From contig CATNEN010000003.1 in NCBI GenBank assembly GCA_950097015.1, forward strand, positions 4,712,001 to 4,776,000: DNA of 64,000 nt, in the 5' to 3' direction. This DNA is from Macrostomum hystrix. Taxonomy: Eukaryota; Animalia; Platyhelminthes. The notes beneath the pieces are model-generated. The model was not told the origin of the DNA. It searched no databases and saw only the letters and a list, made by a program, of their open reading frames with translations. The translations under genes and the position numbers were made by a program. Each line of letters begins with the position of its first letter. Positions within the stretch are counted from its first letter, which is position 1. Shown one piece after another: positions 46,412 through 58,475 of the stretch.

Positions 46412-49400
46412 GGACTCATTGCAGCAGTGTTTACTGGGGCTTTGCTGACATTTTGGAGTCGTTTTGCTTCACATCGACGGGTTGAGATTTTGATGCTGAT
46501 CGCTTTGTTAGGGTGAGATTTTGATGCTGGTCGCTTCGGTAGGGTGAGATTTTTATGCTGATCGCTTCGGTAGGGTGAGATTTTTATGCTGATCGCTTCG
46601 GTAGGGTGAGATTTTGATGCTGGTCGCTTTGTTAGGGTGAGATTTTGATGCTTGTCGCTTCGGTAGGGTGAGATTTTGATGGTGATCGCTTCGGTAGGGT
46701 GAGATTTTGATGGTGATCGCTTCGGTAGGGTGAGATTTTGATGGTGATCGCTTCGGTAGGGTCAGATTTTGATGCTGGTCGCTTCGGTAGGGTGAGATTT
46801 TGATGCTGGTCGATCGCTTCGGTAGGGTGAGATTTTGATGCTGATCGCTTCGGTAGGGTGAGATTTTGATGCTGGTCGCTTAAGTAGGGTGAGATTTTAG
46901 AACTAATCTATTAACCGAGGATGAGATTTTGAACTTAGTCTCCGTTTTAATAGTGAATATTAGAATTCCAATCTATTGTTAGATTTTTAATAAATATTTT
47001 TTGTTGAGCGAACTGCATAAGAAATGATATCTTATTATAATAAAATTCTGTAGTTTCAAGTGAGATTTTGGTTCGCATGTAAGTACCATCATAATATTAA
47101 AACTATTGATTTTAGTAGGTTAGTAAGTTATAAGTAGATCAAAAACCATCTTTAGGAATCTATCACATCACTATCACACTAGCTCTTTGATGTCTGCTTC
47201 AATACTGAATGCACCACCCACCTTTCTCTTAATTATTTCTTTACCGCAAAGACAAGTAAAGACGCTTTTAAATTAAAATTGTTCCGCTTTGAAATCACGT
47301 GTTAGAATAATGTGTTTTTGTTTCCAAGACAGAGTAAAGTATTTTCTCTTGAAGGGTGTTAAAGTACTTAAGAATTTGCATAGTAATTAGAATTTATTTT
47401 TCTACCTAGCTTGTCTTGCCTGTCTTCTAATTCGGTGAAAAAACTATTAACCTGGTGTCAATGACGTCAATTTTTGTTCGCAGAATTAGTCATTTACCTT
47501 GTAATTCAATACAAACTATGCTAATCAGTGTTCACCTGTTCACAGATATCAGTGTTAAACTGTTCACAGATATCAGCGTTCACCTGTTCACAGATATCAG
47601 CGTTCACCTGTTCACAGATATCAGCGTTCACCTGTTCACAGATATCAGCGTTCACCTGTTCACAGATATCAGCGTTCACCTGTTCACAGATATCAGCGTT
47701 CACCTGTTTACAGATATCAGCGTTCACCTGTTCACAGATATCAGCGTTAAACTGTTCACAGATATCAGTGTTAAACTGTTCACAGATATCAGTGTTAAAC
47801 TGTTCACAGATATCAGTGTTCACCTGTTCACAGATATCAGCGTTCACCTGTTTACAGATATCAGCGTTCACCTGTTCACAGATATCAGCGTTAAACTGTT
47901 CACAGATATCAGTGTTAAACTGTTCACAGATATCAGTGTTAAACTGTTCACAGATATCAGTGTTCACCTGTTCACAGATATCTGTGTTCACCTATTTACA
48001 GACATCACGATTCACCTATTCACAGGTATCAGTGTTCACCTGTTCACAAGTATCCTGATATATGTGATACTAACTGATATTACTTTTAAATTATTCACAT
48101 AATTAAAAAATGCCCATTCACAGATATATAATATTATTATTATATATAATAGCAAAAGTCTGTCTGACCAGTTCTGAAACTTTCTACCATCAGTGTCTGG
48201 TTTAGTACAACTGGCTATAAATAACGATAATTATTCAGCGCAACTGCAGCTAAAAATGAATAGTTTAAAATTGTTTAGTTTGCTAGTCTAACAAAAAGGG
48301 CTAGCTAATTTTCTGGATTTTTAATTTAAGTTAGTCAGAAAATTTGCGGAAGTGAAAGTCGGCCATTTAGTTTTTACGAGTATAGTGTCTACGCCCACGC
48401 ACTGGTATCGCAATGCATTTTAAAACTATTTTTTTCCAAACACTATTTTATAGATTAATCTTCGACTCCTAAATTGATTTTGCAGTCAGTTCGAAATGTC
48501 AAGAAAAATATTGCGAACTATTTTTTTATTTTACCCAACGTTTCAAATCGATCTACCCTACCAGAATAATATATCTACTTATCCTATCCAATCTATCTAC
48601 CTTACTTATACAATCTACCTACCTTACCTGTTCAACCCCACCTGTCTAATCTATCTATCCTACCATACTAATCTATCTAACCTACCTGTTCTATCGATCT
48701 ACCCTGCCTGTCTAATCTATCTACCCTGCCTGTCTAATCTATCTACCCTGCCTGTCTAATCTATCTACCCTACCTGTCTAATCTATCTACCCTGCCTGTC
48801 TAATCTATGTACCCTGCCTGTCTAATCTATGTACCCTACCTGTCTAATTTATCTACCCTACCTGTCCAATCTATCTACCCTGTCTGTCTAATCTATCTAC
48901 CCTACCTGTCTAATCTATCTACCCTGCCTGTCTAATCTATGTACCCTGCCTGTCTAATCTATGTACCCTACCTGTCTAATCTATCTACCCTACCTGTCCA
49001 ATCTATCTACCCTTCCTGTCTAATCTATCTACCCTACCTGTCCAATCTATCTACCCTGTCTGTCTAATCTATCTACCCTACCTGTCTAATCTATCTACCC
49101 TGCCTGTCTAATCTATCTACCCTACCTGTCTAATCTATCTACCCTGCCTGTCTAATCTATCTACCCTGCCTGTCTAATCCATCTACCCTGTCTGTCTAAT
49201 CTATCTACCCTGCCTGACTAATCTATCTACCCTGCCTGACTAATCTATCTACCCTTCCTGTCGTGGTTATAAGCCTATCTGATAAGCATCACACTCTATA
49301 TTTACCACCAATTCTTTCAGATTGTGGAGTCCTGCAAAGTGGGCTGTCGGAAACCTGACGAAATGATTTATCGAATTCTGTTGGATAAACTGGGCCTGCC

Positions 49401-52400
49401 CGGTTCTAGTGTGGTATTTCTTGACGACATCGGGCAGAATCTGAAGGCTGCCAAAGCGTTCGGCATCAAGACGATTAAGGTTGCCTAGAATGTCTGTCTA
49501 TTTGTTGTTTTAAAATAAAATTTATATTCCTTTTTCTTAGATTGATTTTTTCTGTTAAAATTACACAATATCAAGGTACTAAAAGATTACTTTGGTGAGT
49601 AGGTAGTACTTAAGGGGAATTAGATAATGACCTGGGTGTTAGATAATGACCTGGGTGTTAGATAATGACCTGGGTGTTAGATAATGACCTGGGTGTTAGA
49701 TAATGACCTGGGTGTTAGATAATGACCTGGGTGTTAGATAATGACCTGGGTGTTAAATAATGACCTGGGTGTCAGATAATGAGCTGTGTGTTAGATAATG
49801 ACCTGGGTGTTAGGTAATGACCTGGGTGTTAGATAATGAGCTGTGTGTTAGATAATGACCTGTGTGTTACATAATGACCTGTGTGTTAGATAATGACCTG
49901 TGTGTTAGATAATGACCTGTGTGTTAGATAGTGACCTGGGTGTTAGATAATGAGCTGGGTGTTAGATAATGACCTGGGTGTCAGATAATGAGCTGTGTGT
50001 TACATAATGACCTGTGTGTTAGATAATGACCCGTGTGTTAGATAGTGACCTGGGTGTTAGATAATGACCTGGGTGTTAGATAATGAGCTGGGTGTTAGAT
50101 AATGACCTGGATGTTAGATAATGACCTGGGTGTTAGATAATGACCTGGGTGTTAGATAATGACCTGGGTGTTAGATAATAAGCTGTGTTAGATAATGACC
50201 TGGGTGTTAGATAATGACCTGGGTGTTAGATAATGACCTGGGTGTTAGATAATGACCTGGGTGTTAAATAATGACCTAGGTGTCAGATAATGAGCTGGGT
50301 GTTAGATAATGAGCTGGTTAAAAAATGAAATGAATAATTTAATCAATCTAAAATAGTCAACAATGATAGCCGACATAATAATAATAATAATTTCAGGAGG
50401 GCTGCGGGCAATGGCACTTCATTTGGTGACACTAGACCAGCAGCCAGCGAGGAGGCAATTCTGCCCATTTCGCTGACTCCTGAGCACACACGCACACAGA
50501 TACTGTACGCAGGCATACGCTCACACAGGTGTGTACATCTGCCCTGACTTTCTCATCGTCAGGCAGTGTACACTCTCACTGTGCCTTGGAGGTTGGCCCT
50601 CAAGGGCGTAAATTGCACGACAAGCCCCCAAGCCTTCTCTCCGCGGCGGCCCCCCCAAATGAATGTGGCCTCGCCGTGGAATCGAGCTCAGGGACCTTGG
50701 TGCGAGAGGCAAACGCGATAACCGCTCTGCCACCCATCTGTCGATAGTCGACATAATTACACGATGAAATAAAGTTGACAGAAAAAAATATGCTTAAATT
50801 GGTGGTTTTTGCCACTAAATTTGATTTTGAAGTAAATAAAAAATCTTGATTTGCTGAACAGTTGTACTCAGACTTTGGACCTGGCTCAATCTCCGGCTAA
50901 ATTATCGATTCCATTTACCCCTTCACCACCCGTTGCTAGGTAACCAGTTCCGAGCAAGCTATTCGCGACCTAGAATCCGTCATTGGCCTGTCTTTGCAAT
51001 CGAAGCCAGCCGCAGCAGCAGCAGCAGCCGCCGCGTCGCCGCCAGGCACAGTGGAAGTTTCCAGTCGGCTTCAATTAAACGAACAATCTCTGCGGGCCTA
51101 CCTGTCCAAGAGATTTCCTAGCCAAGATAACCAGCCGGCCTCATTAATTATTCGAGCATTCAGTCATGGCCAATCGAATCCTACCTACTATGTGCAATAC
51201 GGCGATAAGGAGCTGGTGTTGCGCAAGAAGCCGCCTGGAAAGCTGTTGCCATCCGCCCACGCAATCGAGCGCGAGTATCGAGTCATTTCCGCACTGAGAA
51301 AGCACGGCGTACCGTTGCCTGAACTGTACGATCTGTGCGAGGATGCCAGTGTGCTGGGTACGCCATTCTATATTATGCAATATCTGAGAGGTCGAGTCTT
51401 CACTGATGTCCGGCTACCCGAATTGAGTCCGGAGCAGAGAACTCAGGTGAGTCAGGATTATGCCTATATTTTCCCATTCTAGAAACTATTTCAATATCTC
51501 CGTAGTTACTCCGCGTGGTCTTTCCTCAGGGGAAAAATAGCGTGGCATTTAAAATTCCCGGATCCTTAAAATCCTTTCAAGATTCTCAGGAGGTTGTAGC
51601 CTTGTGGCTAGAGCGTCTGACTCACGACTTGAATGTCGCGGGTTCGAATCTCGACTCCACTATAACAATTTGTGTCCTCTTGCAAGACACTTAACTCTTT
51701 ATTGCTTCCGTTAAATGGGTGCCAGCATTAGCTGGGGTCATTGAGGGTAGATGTGCCGTCTCCCCAGTCCATGGACTGAACAGCAGTACGCAGCCTCCAA
51801 TAGCTTCTGCTAGGTGCTGTCGGCTGCACATCTGGCCCATTTAGGGCAGGTATAATCAATTATTATTTTAAAAAATTAATTATAAGATTTTCAAAACCGT
51901 TCCTAGAGTATCGAAATAGTTTACGATTTCCTCAGAAATCTATTTAACATCCCAGATCCCAAAAAACTTTCCCAGGTCTACTCGGAGATGATCCGGGTCC
52001 TGGCCCTGATTCACAGCGTCAACCCGGATGCAGCCGGTCTGTCCGATTTCGGCAAGCGAGATGGCTACCTGGCGAGGAATATTGAGCGTTGGCGCAGTCA
52101 GTACGAGGCCAGCGTTGCCGGCGAGGCCAGGCCCATCCCGGAGATGCCCGGCCTGCACGACTGGCTGATTGACCGGCTGCCCTCGGCGGCTGACGCGCCA
52201 GAGCCCAGCGGTGTTGTCCACGGAGACTATCGGTTGGATAATCTTGTGTTCGATCCCGATACGCTTAAGGTGAGATTCAACTTTTACAAACGAAATCCCA
52301 TTTCTGAAGGAGATCCCATTTCTGAAGGAAATCCCATTTCTGAAGTAAATCCCATTTCTGAAGTAAATCCCATTTCTGAAGGAAATCCCATTTCTGAATG

Positions 52401-55400
52401 AAATCCCATTTCTGAATGAAATCCCATTTCTGAAGGAAATCCCATTTCTGAATCCCATTTCTATACGTTCTTTACGGGTGGTTACTATTTTCATTTACTA
52501 TTTACCAACCCTTTTATATTAACTTATAGAAGAGAATCTATTTCACTTATAATGGGAATCCCATTCTCATATTTAGAGAATCCCATTATCATTCCACTGG
52601 AATCCCTTTCGTATTCGAAGGGAATCCCCTCCACATTCCAAGGGAATCCCCTTAACACTCCGAGAAAATCCCTTTCATAATTTAAGGGAATACACTTCAC
52701 ATACCGAAAGAATCCTTCTCGTATTCAAAGAGAATCCCATTCTCATTCCTGGGGAATCCTTGTCGCATTCGAAGAGAATCCCGTTCTCATTCCTGGGGAA
52801 TCCTTCTCGCATTCGGAGAGAATCCCGTTCTCATTCCTGGGGAATCCTTGTCGCATTCAAAGAGAATCCCGTTCTCATTCCTGGGGAATCCTTCTCGCAT
52901 TCGGAGAGAATCCCGTTCTCATTCCTGGGGAATCCTTGTCGCATTCGAAGAGAATCCCGTTCTCATTCCTGGGGAATCCTTGTCGCATTCGAAGAGAATC
53001 CCGTTCTCATTCCTGGGGAATCCTTTTCGCATTCGAAGAGAATCCCGTTCTCATTCCTGGGGAATCCTTGTCGCATTCGAAGAGAATCCCGTTCTCATTC
53101 CTGGGGAATCCCATTCTCATTCCTCGAGAATCCTTGTAGCATTCAAAGAGAATCCCAATCGACAAAAAATTTGGGCGCAATCCTATTTACTGCTTGAAAA
53201 ATGAAATTATGATTCATCTGATTTATTGACCATTGAATAAACCTCGTTGCAGGCAATTTTCCAGGCAATTAAAAAAAAAATTTTGGGCACTTTTAGCGCA
53301 ATTGGAAAATTTGTTTTTGTCTGCCGATCAAAATCTGTTCTAAAATAGGAAAAATAAATTGCAGATCTAGTACCACCTGTTGCCTGATGATTGCTTGGAA
53401 AACCAGTTTCTTGTACCAGTCTTCTTCTCTTTCTCCCCTGTCTTCTCCTCTTTCTCCCCTGTCTTCTTCTCTTTCTCCCCTGTCTTCTCCTCTTTCTCCC
53501 CTGTCTTCTCCTCTTTCTCCCCCGTCTTCTCCTCTTTCTCCCCTGTCTTCTCCTCTTTCTCCTATGTGTTCTTATTTTCTTTCCTTTTTAGCCACATTTC
53601 TCCCCTGTTGACATTTTCTTAAAAAAATTCCCCGTTTTGTTTTTTTTACTTTGATTATTTAGGCGATTGTTAATGTCTGTCATTCCACTATTTTCTCTCT
53701 TACAAGTTGTCAGTTTCCGAAAAATGGGGTATAATCAGAATACTACGGTTAGAATAATAAAAGGATATTCATTGTGTTTCTGAAGAAGATACGATAAAAG
53801 TGCATTTTTCCGAGTTACAATCCTCACCTGTCTCTAACCCAATCCTCACCTGTCTCTATCACAATCCCCACCTGTCTCTATCCCAATCCTCACCTGTCTC
53901 TATCCCAATCCTCACCTGTCTCTATCCCAATCCTCACCTGTCTCTATCCCAATCCTCACCTGTCTCTATCCCAATCCTCACCTGTCTCTATCCCAATCCC
54001 CACCTGTCTCTATCCCAATCCTCACCTGTCTCTATCACAATCCTCACCTGTCTCTATCCCAATCCTCACCTGTCTCTATCCCAATCCTCACCTGTCTCTA
54101 TCCCAATCCTCACCTGTCTCTATCCCAATCCTCACCTGTCTCTATCCCAATCCTCACCTGTCTCTATCCCAATCCTCACCTGTCTCTATCCCAATCCTCA
54201 CCTGTCTCTATCCCAATCCTCACCTGTCTCTATCCCAATCCCCACCTGTCTCTATCCCAATCCTCACCTGTCTCTATCCCAATCCTCACCTGTCTCTATC
54301 CCAATCCTCACCTGTCTCTATCCCAATCCTCACCTGTCTCTATCCCAATCCTCACCTGTCTCTATCCCAATCCTCACCTGTCTCTATCCCAATCCTCACC
54401 TGTCTCTATCCCAATCCTCACCTGTCTCTATCCTAATCCTCACCTGTCTCTATCCTTATCCTTACCTGTCTCTATCCCAATCCCCACCTGTCTCTATCTT
54501 AATCCTCACCTGTCTCTATCCCAATCCCCACCTGTCTCTATCCCAATCCTCACCTGTCTCTATCTCAATCCTCACCTGTCTCTATCCCAATCCTCACCTT
54601 TCTCTATCCCAATCCTCACCTGTCTCTATCCCAATCCTCACCTGTCTCTATCCCAATCCTCACCTGTCTCTTCCCAATCCTCACCTGTCTCTATCCCAAT
54701 CCTCACCTGTCTCTATCCCAATCCTCACCTGTCTCTCTCCCAATCCTCACCTGTCTCTATCCCAATCCTCACCTGTCTCTTCCCTAATCTTTACCGTCTA
54801 TCTGATGTTAATGACAAGCAGAGTTCATATTGCCTCAATCCGCTCACTGTGCTTGTCCTAACAGGTAATCGGTGTGCTGGACTGGGAACTGGCCACCCTG
54901 GGCCACCCGCTAACCGACCTGGCAACCTGCCTGCTCGCTCACCGACTCGATCCAGCTTGGAGCGACAAGTTCCTGGTGCCCGCACTGCAGCCACTGCCGC
55001 GGGGAGTGCCAACCGAGGCCGAGTTAGTTGCCGACTATTGCCGAAGGCTGGGAATACAAGGTGGCGTCCCTGATTTGGACTTTTATCACGCCTTCATCAT
55101 GTTCCGCTTTGCTGCCATTCTGCAGGGAGTGTACAAGTGAGGCTTGTAATGCTGTGACCACTTCTCACCTGCCTGTGCTGACCCCAACACAACTATTATC
55201 TGACCCACACCCATACCATCTAACCCACACACCATACCATCTAACCCACACACAATACCATCTAACTCACACCCATACCATCTAACCCACACACCATACC
55301 ATCTAACCCACACACAATACCATCTAACACACACCATACCATCTAACCCACACACCTTACCATCTAACCCACGCACCATACCATCTAACCCACACCCATA

Positions 55401-57344
55401 CCATCTAACCCACACCCATACCATCTAACCTCCACCCATACCATCTAACCCACACCCATACCATCTAACCCACACCCATACCATCTAACCCACACCCATA
55501 CCATCTAACCCACACCATAACATCTAACCCACACACCATACCATCTAACCCACACACAATACCATCTAACTCACACCCATACCATCTAACCCACACACCA
55601 TACCATCTAACCCACACACAATACCATCTAACACACACCATACCATCTAACCCACACACCTTACCATCTAACCCACGCACCATACCATCTAACCCACACC
55701 CATACCATCTAACCCACACCCATACCATCTAACCCCCACCCATACCATCTAACCCACACCCATACCATCTAACCCACACCCATACCATCTAACCCACACC
55801 CATACCATCTAACCCACACCATAACATCTAACCCACACCCATACCATCTAACCCACACACCATACCATCTAACCCACACCATACCATCTAACCCACACCC
55901 ATACCATCTAACCCACACCCATACCATCTAACCCACACACCATACCATCTAACCCACACCATACCATCTAACCCACACCCATACCATCTAACCCACACCC
56001 ATACCATCTAACCCACACCCATACCATCTAACCCACACCCATACGATCTCTAGACGCGCTCTAGACGGTCAGAGCAGCTCAGGCAAAGCGAAAATAGTGG
56101 GCTCGTTTGCTCGTGACGTGGCCTCCCTAGGCTGGTCCGTGGCTCAAGGCTCGGGCCTGCCGTCGCAACCGAAGCGTCATTTTTCCTCCGGCGTACGCGC
56201 AGGCGCCGGCATGCCAATCAGCCTGTCGGAGCTCAGGCCGGAGGTTCAGGAACTGCACTCGCGTGTTCGAGCTTTCGTTCGCGACAAAATCTTGCCACTA
56301 GAAGCGGAACTAAATGCCTACTATGAATCGCAATCTAAATGGACTGCTCATCCGGTCATCGACAAACTCAAAGCTGAGGCTAAGCAGCAGGGTCTGTGGA
56401 ATCTTTTCTTACCAATTGAGTCCGATACCCAGCGCAAATACTCGCCCGGCCTGACTAATATTGAGTACGCTTTTCTGTGCGAAGAGATGGGCTGGTCTGT
56501 CTATGCGTCCGAGGTATTCAACTGCTCTGCCCCAGACACTGGCAATATGGAGGTGAGTGTGAGCTGCTACCCTCACGCTAATGTCACTCTACCTTCACTC
56601 TTATGTCACCCTATCATCACTCTAATGTCACTCTACCTTCACTCTTATGTCACCCTATCATCACTCTAATGTCACTCTACCTTCACTCTAATGTCACTCT
56701 ACCTTCACTCTAATGTCACTCTACCTTCACTCTAATGTCACTCTACCTTCACTCTAATGTCACTCTACCTTCACTCTAATGTCACTCTACCTTCACTCTA
56801 ATGTCACTCTACCTTCACTCTAATGTCACTCTATCATCACTCTAATGTCACTCTACCTTCACTCTAATGTCACTCTACCTTCACTCTAATGTCACTCTAC
56901 CTTCACTCTAATGTCACTCTACCTTCACTCTAATGTCACTCTACCTTCACTCTATTGTCACTCTACCATCACTCTAATGTCACTCCTAGGTACTGGTTCG
57001 CTACGGCACGGAGGAGCAGAAGCGTCGCTGGCTCGAGCCTCTTCTATCTGGCTCGATTCGTTCTTGTTTCGCAATGACCGAGCCGGCGGTTGCCTCGTCA
57101 GACGCGACCAACATTGAGGCTTCGATAAGTCGCTCCCCTGACGGCAGTCACTACATTGTCAACGGTCACAAATGGTGGATCTCAGGAGCACTGCATCCAA
57201 ACTGCAAACTGGCCATTTTCATGGGCAAAACTGACACCACCGCCGCTGCTCACAAACAGCAGTCCATGCTGCTGGTTCCAATGGATTCACCTGGTGTCAG
57301 TGTTGTTAGACCGCTGCACGTGTTCGGATTCGTTGACGCTCCAG
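44611..57344 (+). CDS. ACAD10: Acyl-CoA dehydrogenase family member 10 (HAD + APH kinase-like + ACAD), 3'-incomplete
   Basis: Exons 44611-44841, 45673-45963, 49321-49479, 50940-51446, 51976-52269, 54865-55136, 56054-56552, 56990-57344 (~869 codons, phases consistent). Motifs: [72 protein letters not shown]. Confidence 0.93.
44850..45668. repeat. 32-bp minisatellite filling ACAD10 intron 1
   Basis: Unit ctgaacctgtctcaactcacctgtccatcaat. Confidence 0.92.
45986..46411 (+). mobile_element. tRNA-derived SINE (family C)
   Basis: Head ggaccgatagctcagtcagta...GGTTCGACTCC, CORE-like cctttggcaag...ctcagctgcaaatgagtac, and long (ATT)n tail. Single copy in the window. Confidence 0.7.
46480..46900. repeat. 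31-bp minisatellite (gctgatcgcttcggtagggtgagattttgat)
   Basis: Direct tandem repeat. Confidence 0.92.
47524..48050. repeat. 24-bp minisatellite (gttcacctgttcacagatatcagc)
   Basis: Direct tandem repeat. Confidence 0.92.
48550..49262. repeat. 22-bp minisatellite (ctaccctgcctgtctaatctat)
   Basis: Tandem repeat, degenerate at the 5' end, ending ~58 nt before the exon 3 acceptor. Confidence 0.9.
49620..50320. repeat. 19-bp minisatellite (gttagataatgacctgggt)
   Basis: Direct tandem repeat. Confidence 0.92.
50376..50735 (-). mobile_element. SINE family B
   Basis: Reverse-complement match, including the (ATT)n tail. Confidence 0.85.
51592..51868 (+). mobile_element. SINE family A
   Basis: ggttgtagccttgtggctagagcg...GGTTCGAATC head, CORE-like block and tail. 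Confidence 0.82.
52293..52461. repeat. 18-bp minisatellite (aatcccatttctgaagga)
   Basis: Direct tandem repeat. Confidence 0.88.
52715..53157. repeat. 44-bp minisatellite (gaagagaatcccgttctcattcctggggaatccttgtcgcattc)
   Basis: Direct tandem repeat with degenerate upstream copies from ~52530. Confidence 0.9.
53419..53563. repeat. 21-bp polypyrimidine minisatellite
   Basis: Unit gtcttctcctctttctcccct. Confidence 0.88.
53818..54790. repeat. 22-bp minisatellite (caatcctcacctgtctctatcc)
   Basis: About 44 tandem copies. Confidence 0.95.
55200..56044. repeat. 20/21-bp minisatellite (cccacacccataccatctaa) filling ACAD10 intron 6
   Basis: Tandem repeat ending ~9 nt before the acceptor. Confidence 0.93.
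56572..56985. repeat. 22-bp minisatellite (cactctaatgtcactctacctt) filling ACAD10 intron 7
   Basis: Tandem repeat running directly into the acceptor cctag. Confidence 0.93.
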
Positions 57345-57424
57345 GTCGGTGTTATTCATTGATTTTTCGTTTTCATTAACTCATGAATCCATATTGGTAG
57401 AAGAATTAAAATAGTTATTAATTT

Positions 57425-57665
57425 AGCCGCGGAGAGAAGGCTTGGGGGCTTGTCGTGCAATTTACGCCATTGAGGGCCAACCTCCAAGGCACAGTGAGAG
57501 TGTACACTGCCTGACGATGAGAAAGTCAGGGCAGATGTACACACCTGTGTGCGTGTGTGCTCAGGAGTCAGCGAAATGGGCAGAATTGCCTCCTCGCTGG
57601 CTGCGGGTCTGGTGTCACCAAATGATGTGCCACTGCCCGCAGCCCTCCTGTAATAAAAATTATTA
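57425..57665 (+). mobile_element. SINE family B, 5'-truncated
   Basis: Starts at agccgcggagagaagg and lacks the tRNA head. Confidence 0.82.
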
Positions 57666-58475
57666 ATATTCTTGATTATTCTTAATTCATCATTTATTCA
57701 TATTCGTTGGCTGATTAAGATCATTGTTTAATTGTTTGATTGTTGATTGACTGACTAGTCTAGTGTACTAGTCAGGAAGTCAGATGAGCCAGTTGTTACC
57801 CCAAAAGTGCTCGTATTTAACAAAAGCTTTTGTTTCAGTTTAAGCTTTCTTCTACCTATAGACTAGCCGTACTTTGGGACACACCCCCGCAAAAAAATCA
57901 ATAGTTTTTTTAGCTGGCCGATATGTATAGAAAAAGTTTTTACTATTCTACTATTTCGAATAAACAACGGTTCGAAATATGGCCGCTATGTATCGAAAAT
58001 GGGTCATTTCAGCTTCAGATTTCTTAGAATCCATTCTATAATAGTTATATACTGTAAGAAACTGCAAGCATAATTACATTTTTTTCTACTTTCTTTGTAT
58101 ATACTCTTCTAAAAGTACAAACACTCATCGTCACATGCTCAGCTTCTCATTTTGCGTCCCACTCAGTTGCGATTCCAATATTTTTTCTTTCTTCAATAGA
58201 CTCGCTTACACAGCATTTTTCTCTGAGCACTCGGTGGCTCATGCATAGTTAATGATTTGCGACAATTCAATCCGCTATATATGGTCATTTACCGGTCCTC
58301 TCTTGTTCATTATGGTTGCCTTTAAAGTACAACAGGTTTGCGGGCCAGCTAACACCCACTCACCTGCTGAGTGTGCCGGTCAATTTTAGTGGGTGTGTCA
58401 CTAAGGGAGGATGACTGGGAAAAATACTGTGCGGGAGAATGCTAGTTGAAAAGCATGAACAGAAAATATTTTTAT

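Noticed and set aside
24178-57666. Recurrent short ORFs containing [11 protein letters not shown] / [12 protein letters not shown]
   Set aside because: These are translations of SINE family B copies.
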